This document shows positions 61,595 through 64,000 of a stretch of DNA of 64,000 bases, piece by piece. The stretch is taken from positions 18,352,001-18,416,000 of the forward strand of contig JBHGNT010000015.1 of the NCBI GenBank assembly GCA_043228905.1, read 5' to 3'. The stretch is from Azolla caroliniana. Lineage: Eukaryota; Plantae; Polypodiophyta. Within the stretch, counting starts at the first letter, position 1. Each line of letters begins with the position of its first letter. Position numbers and translations under genes: made by a program. The notes under the pieces were generated by a model that searched no databases, was not told the origin of the DNA, and saw nothing but the letters and a program-made list of their open reading frames with translations.

Positions 61595-63111
61595 ACGTAA
61601 TAGCCATACCATGTCACCGACTTTAAAATCAAGTGCAACCCGTTGATGTTGATCAACCTTCTCTTTCTGTCATTCTTGAGCAATTGAGAGTTCTAGGGAT
61701 AGGTCATGATGCACTTCTTTCATCAGACGAGCTCGTTCTTCAACAAATGGATTCACAGAACCAGTAGGGATAGCTATACTAAAGCGTGGGTGGAATCCAT
61801 AATTTGCAAAGAAGGGTGTTACACTAGTTGATGTGTGGAGAGTATTGTTGTAGGCGAACTCAGCCATTGGAAGAAATTTGATCCAATCATCTTGTTGATA
61901 AATTATCATACATCGGAGATATTGCTCTAGGATCTGATTTACTCGTTCCGTTTGGCTGTCTGTCTCAGGATGGAAGGCTATCAAAAATTTTGTGGAAGTT
62001 CCAAGAGTCTGGAAGAAGCGCTTCCAGAAATGAGACATAAATTGGGGACCACAATCAGAGATAATGTCATCCGGTAAACCATGAAGGCACACAATATTTG
62101 TTAACAATAGATCTGTTGTTTCCATCCTTGAAATTGCTGTAGAACATGGAATAAAATGTGCCATCTTTGTGAATCTATCCACCACCACTAATACTGAATT
62201 GAATCCCTCAATGTCGGGAAGGTTGGTGATAAAATCCGTCAAGATGGAGGCCCATGGCCTACTTGGAATTGGCAAAGGTTGAAGTAGACCGTAGGGACGA
62301 TGATGTACTGCTTTGGCATGGGCACATGTATCACATGTTTTCACAAATTGTTTAACAAGTTTCCAAGGTTGTGGCCACCAATAACTTCTAGAGATTAACT
62401 CCAAAGTTTTTGCAACGCCAAAATCTCCAGCTAGGGCATCATCATGGCATTCCTTCATGATACGAATACGACAAGGACCATCTAGGACATACATTAAGTT
62501 GTTCTGAAAAAGAAAACAATCTCGAAACATAAATTGTTCTTGACTATTCCATACCTCCTTTATGGTTGATTTGTTGACTCGATTATCCTTAATTTCTTTT
62601 GCAAATTTGTCGATGGCAGTATCTGTGGCTATTGCATTGAGTAATGATTCATCTGCACCCATGTAAGCTGCAAAGAGCTGAATCTGATGTGGTTGTAGGA
62701 GACAACGTGATTGTTGATTGTAGGTCTCATCTCCTGGTCGAATTTCGAATTCCAAACGCTGAGATAGGGCATCAGCTTTACCATGTTGGGCACCGGGAAT
62801 AAAAACAATTTGAAATTCATAGTCAGCCAAGAACGTCGACCATCATGCTTGCCTCCGGTTCAAAATGCGAGTAGTGGTGAAGTAGACAAGGTTCTTGTGA
62901 TCGATCACCACGTGGGCACGGTGTTGGGCGCCTGCTAAGTAAGGACGCCAGTCTTCAAAGGCTGCAATAATGACAGAGAGTTCTTTGTCATAAACTGGGT
63001 AATTGATCTTGGGAGGTGTGAACTTCCGAGAATAAAAAACAACAGGATGAAGAATCCCATTGTTATTTGATTTAGAGAGAATGGCATTGATGGTGAAGTC
63101 AGAGGCATCAG

Positions 63112-64000
63112 TGTTGAGAATCAAGCTCAACTTGGTCTAGTGTGTGAACTCACCTTGAGAGTGAATAGACACTCCAACGGTCAAGAGTCACCATTATGTC
63201 ACCGCTTTGTATTCTAGCATTTAGTATGAGTCATAGAATCATATTCTATGACACATAACTTATGAGCTTTCACATTCCCCATGCTCCATGAGTCTTGTAG
63301 TTAATGAAGAGAGAGGGTGACTATATAAATCACCCTCCTCCCACCTTGTATAATGTTGAGTCTTTCTCCTTTGTTAATATACTTTACCTTGCGTACTCTC
63401 TGTGTCTTACTCCTTGTCTCTCCCACTCTCTCTCTCTCTCTCTCTCATATACACACACAGTTCATATCTATTCTGCTGCACAGAATCCATCTCTTGATTC
63501 TTTACATGGTATTAGAGCGACTTGGTAGCTCAATCTAGCCCATCTGCGTGCGTTGTGTCCTATGCGGACGACCAAGAACCAGCTCATCGCCATCGTAGCT
63601 TCCCTACATAGCTCGCATTCGAAGAGAGAAGAAGAAGAAGAAGAAGAATCGACATAATGAATACTCAAATGGGGAGCGCTCTCCCTACCGAGAAGTTGGA
63701 TCAAAACAACTTCACATCTTGGGAGTACAAGATGCACCAATACCTTGTCGGACAAGGCTATTGGAGCTACATCAAAGGAGCGCACGAAGACCGACCTGTC
63801 GAAACGGCTCCCGGATACGCGACATGGGAGCAAGCCGCAAGCCATGTGATGTATTGCTTGGTGAAATGTGTTCACAATCACATGCTCGGCTACATTCACG
63901 AAGCCAAGACGCCGAAGGAGGCATGGGAAAATCTACGAAAGATTTTCGCGGCGAACACAACCGCAAGAAGGCTTCAACTCTGCCAAGAGTTGAACAACAT
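63112..64000 (+). mobile_element. Second copy of the Copia-1 family (5' LTR, PBS, start of gag), running off the window
   Basis: LTR 63112-63506 is a reverse-complement homologue of 29545-29928. PBS tggtattagagc at 63507-63518; gag ATG at 63657 (MNTQMGSALP...). Inserted at the TDASD motif of the chromovirus RNaseH. Confidence 0.95.

Larger units (their letters stand above)
35386..63111 (-). mobile_element. Ty3/gypsy chromovirus (Tcn1-like), host of the nested Gypsy and of Copia-1b; 5' part lies beyond the window
   Basis: RNaseH TDASD...YSRK...YDKEL at 63111-62843, integrase at 62830-61598, GPF...NVFHASLL and chromodomain YEVETILD...YLVLWKGY..ATWEP at 36217-35806, PPT aaggggaggataa, then the 3' LTR. 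Removing the insertion restores the frame MVWLLR|RHILTTRP. Confidence 0.9.

Overview
Eukaryotic plant nuclear DNA, probably a fern or other non-seed land plant (inferred from spliceosomal introns, a Tcn1-like chromovirus and a tRNA-Trp-primed Gypsy). The first ~14.6 kb holds three host genes: the 3' end of a DeSI/PPPDE peptidase, a 3-exon ~1866-aa coiled-coil protein with decayed 18S rDNA fragments in intron 1, and a 4-exon ~235-aa conserved plant protein on the minus strand. The remaining ~49 kb is a transposon nest: several L1-type LINEs (one inserted inside another), three Ty1/copia copies and two Ty3/gypsy elements. The standout is a 12.8-kb cut-and-paste DNA transposon (38782-51595) inserted in a Gypsy protease region. 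It has ~27-bp TIRs, a 4-bp TSD and an intact spliced 813-aa Sola2-like DDD transposase. It also carries an intact convergent 5-exon ~950-aa gene for a coiled-coil/RING-H2 protein, a captured decayed fragment of a host URB2-like gene, and intronic and subterminal tandem arrays (146-, 52/104-, 53- and ~213-bp units), most of them rich in the palindrome AGTACT. This layout resembles the VANDAL/VANC anti-silencing arrangement but in an unrelated superfamily, and is the best candidate for an undescribed system. All exon models were built by hand from GT-AG sites and phase matching. Family assignments come from motif recognition, not database searches.
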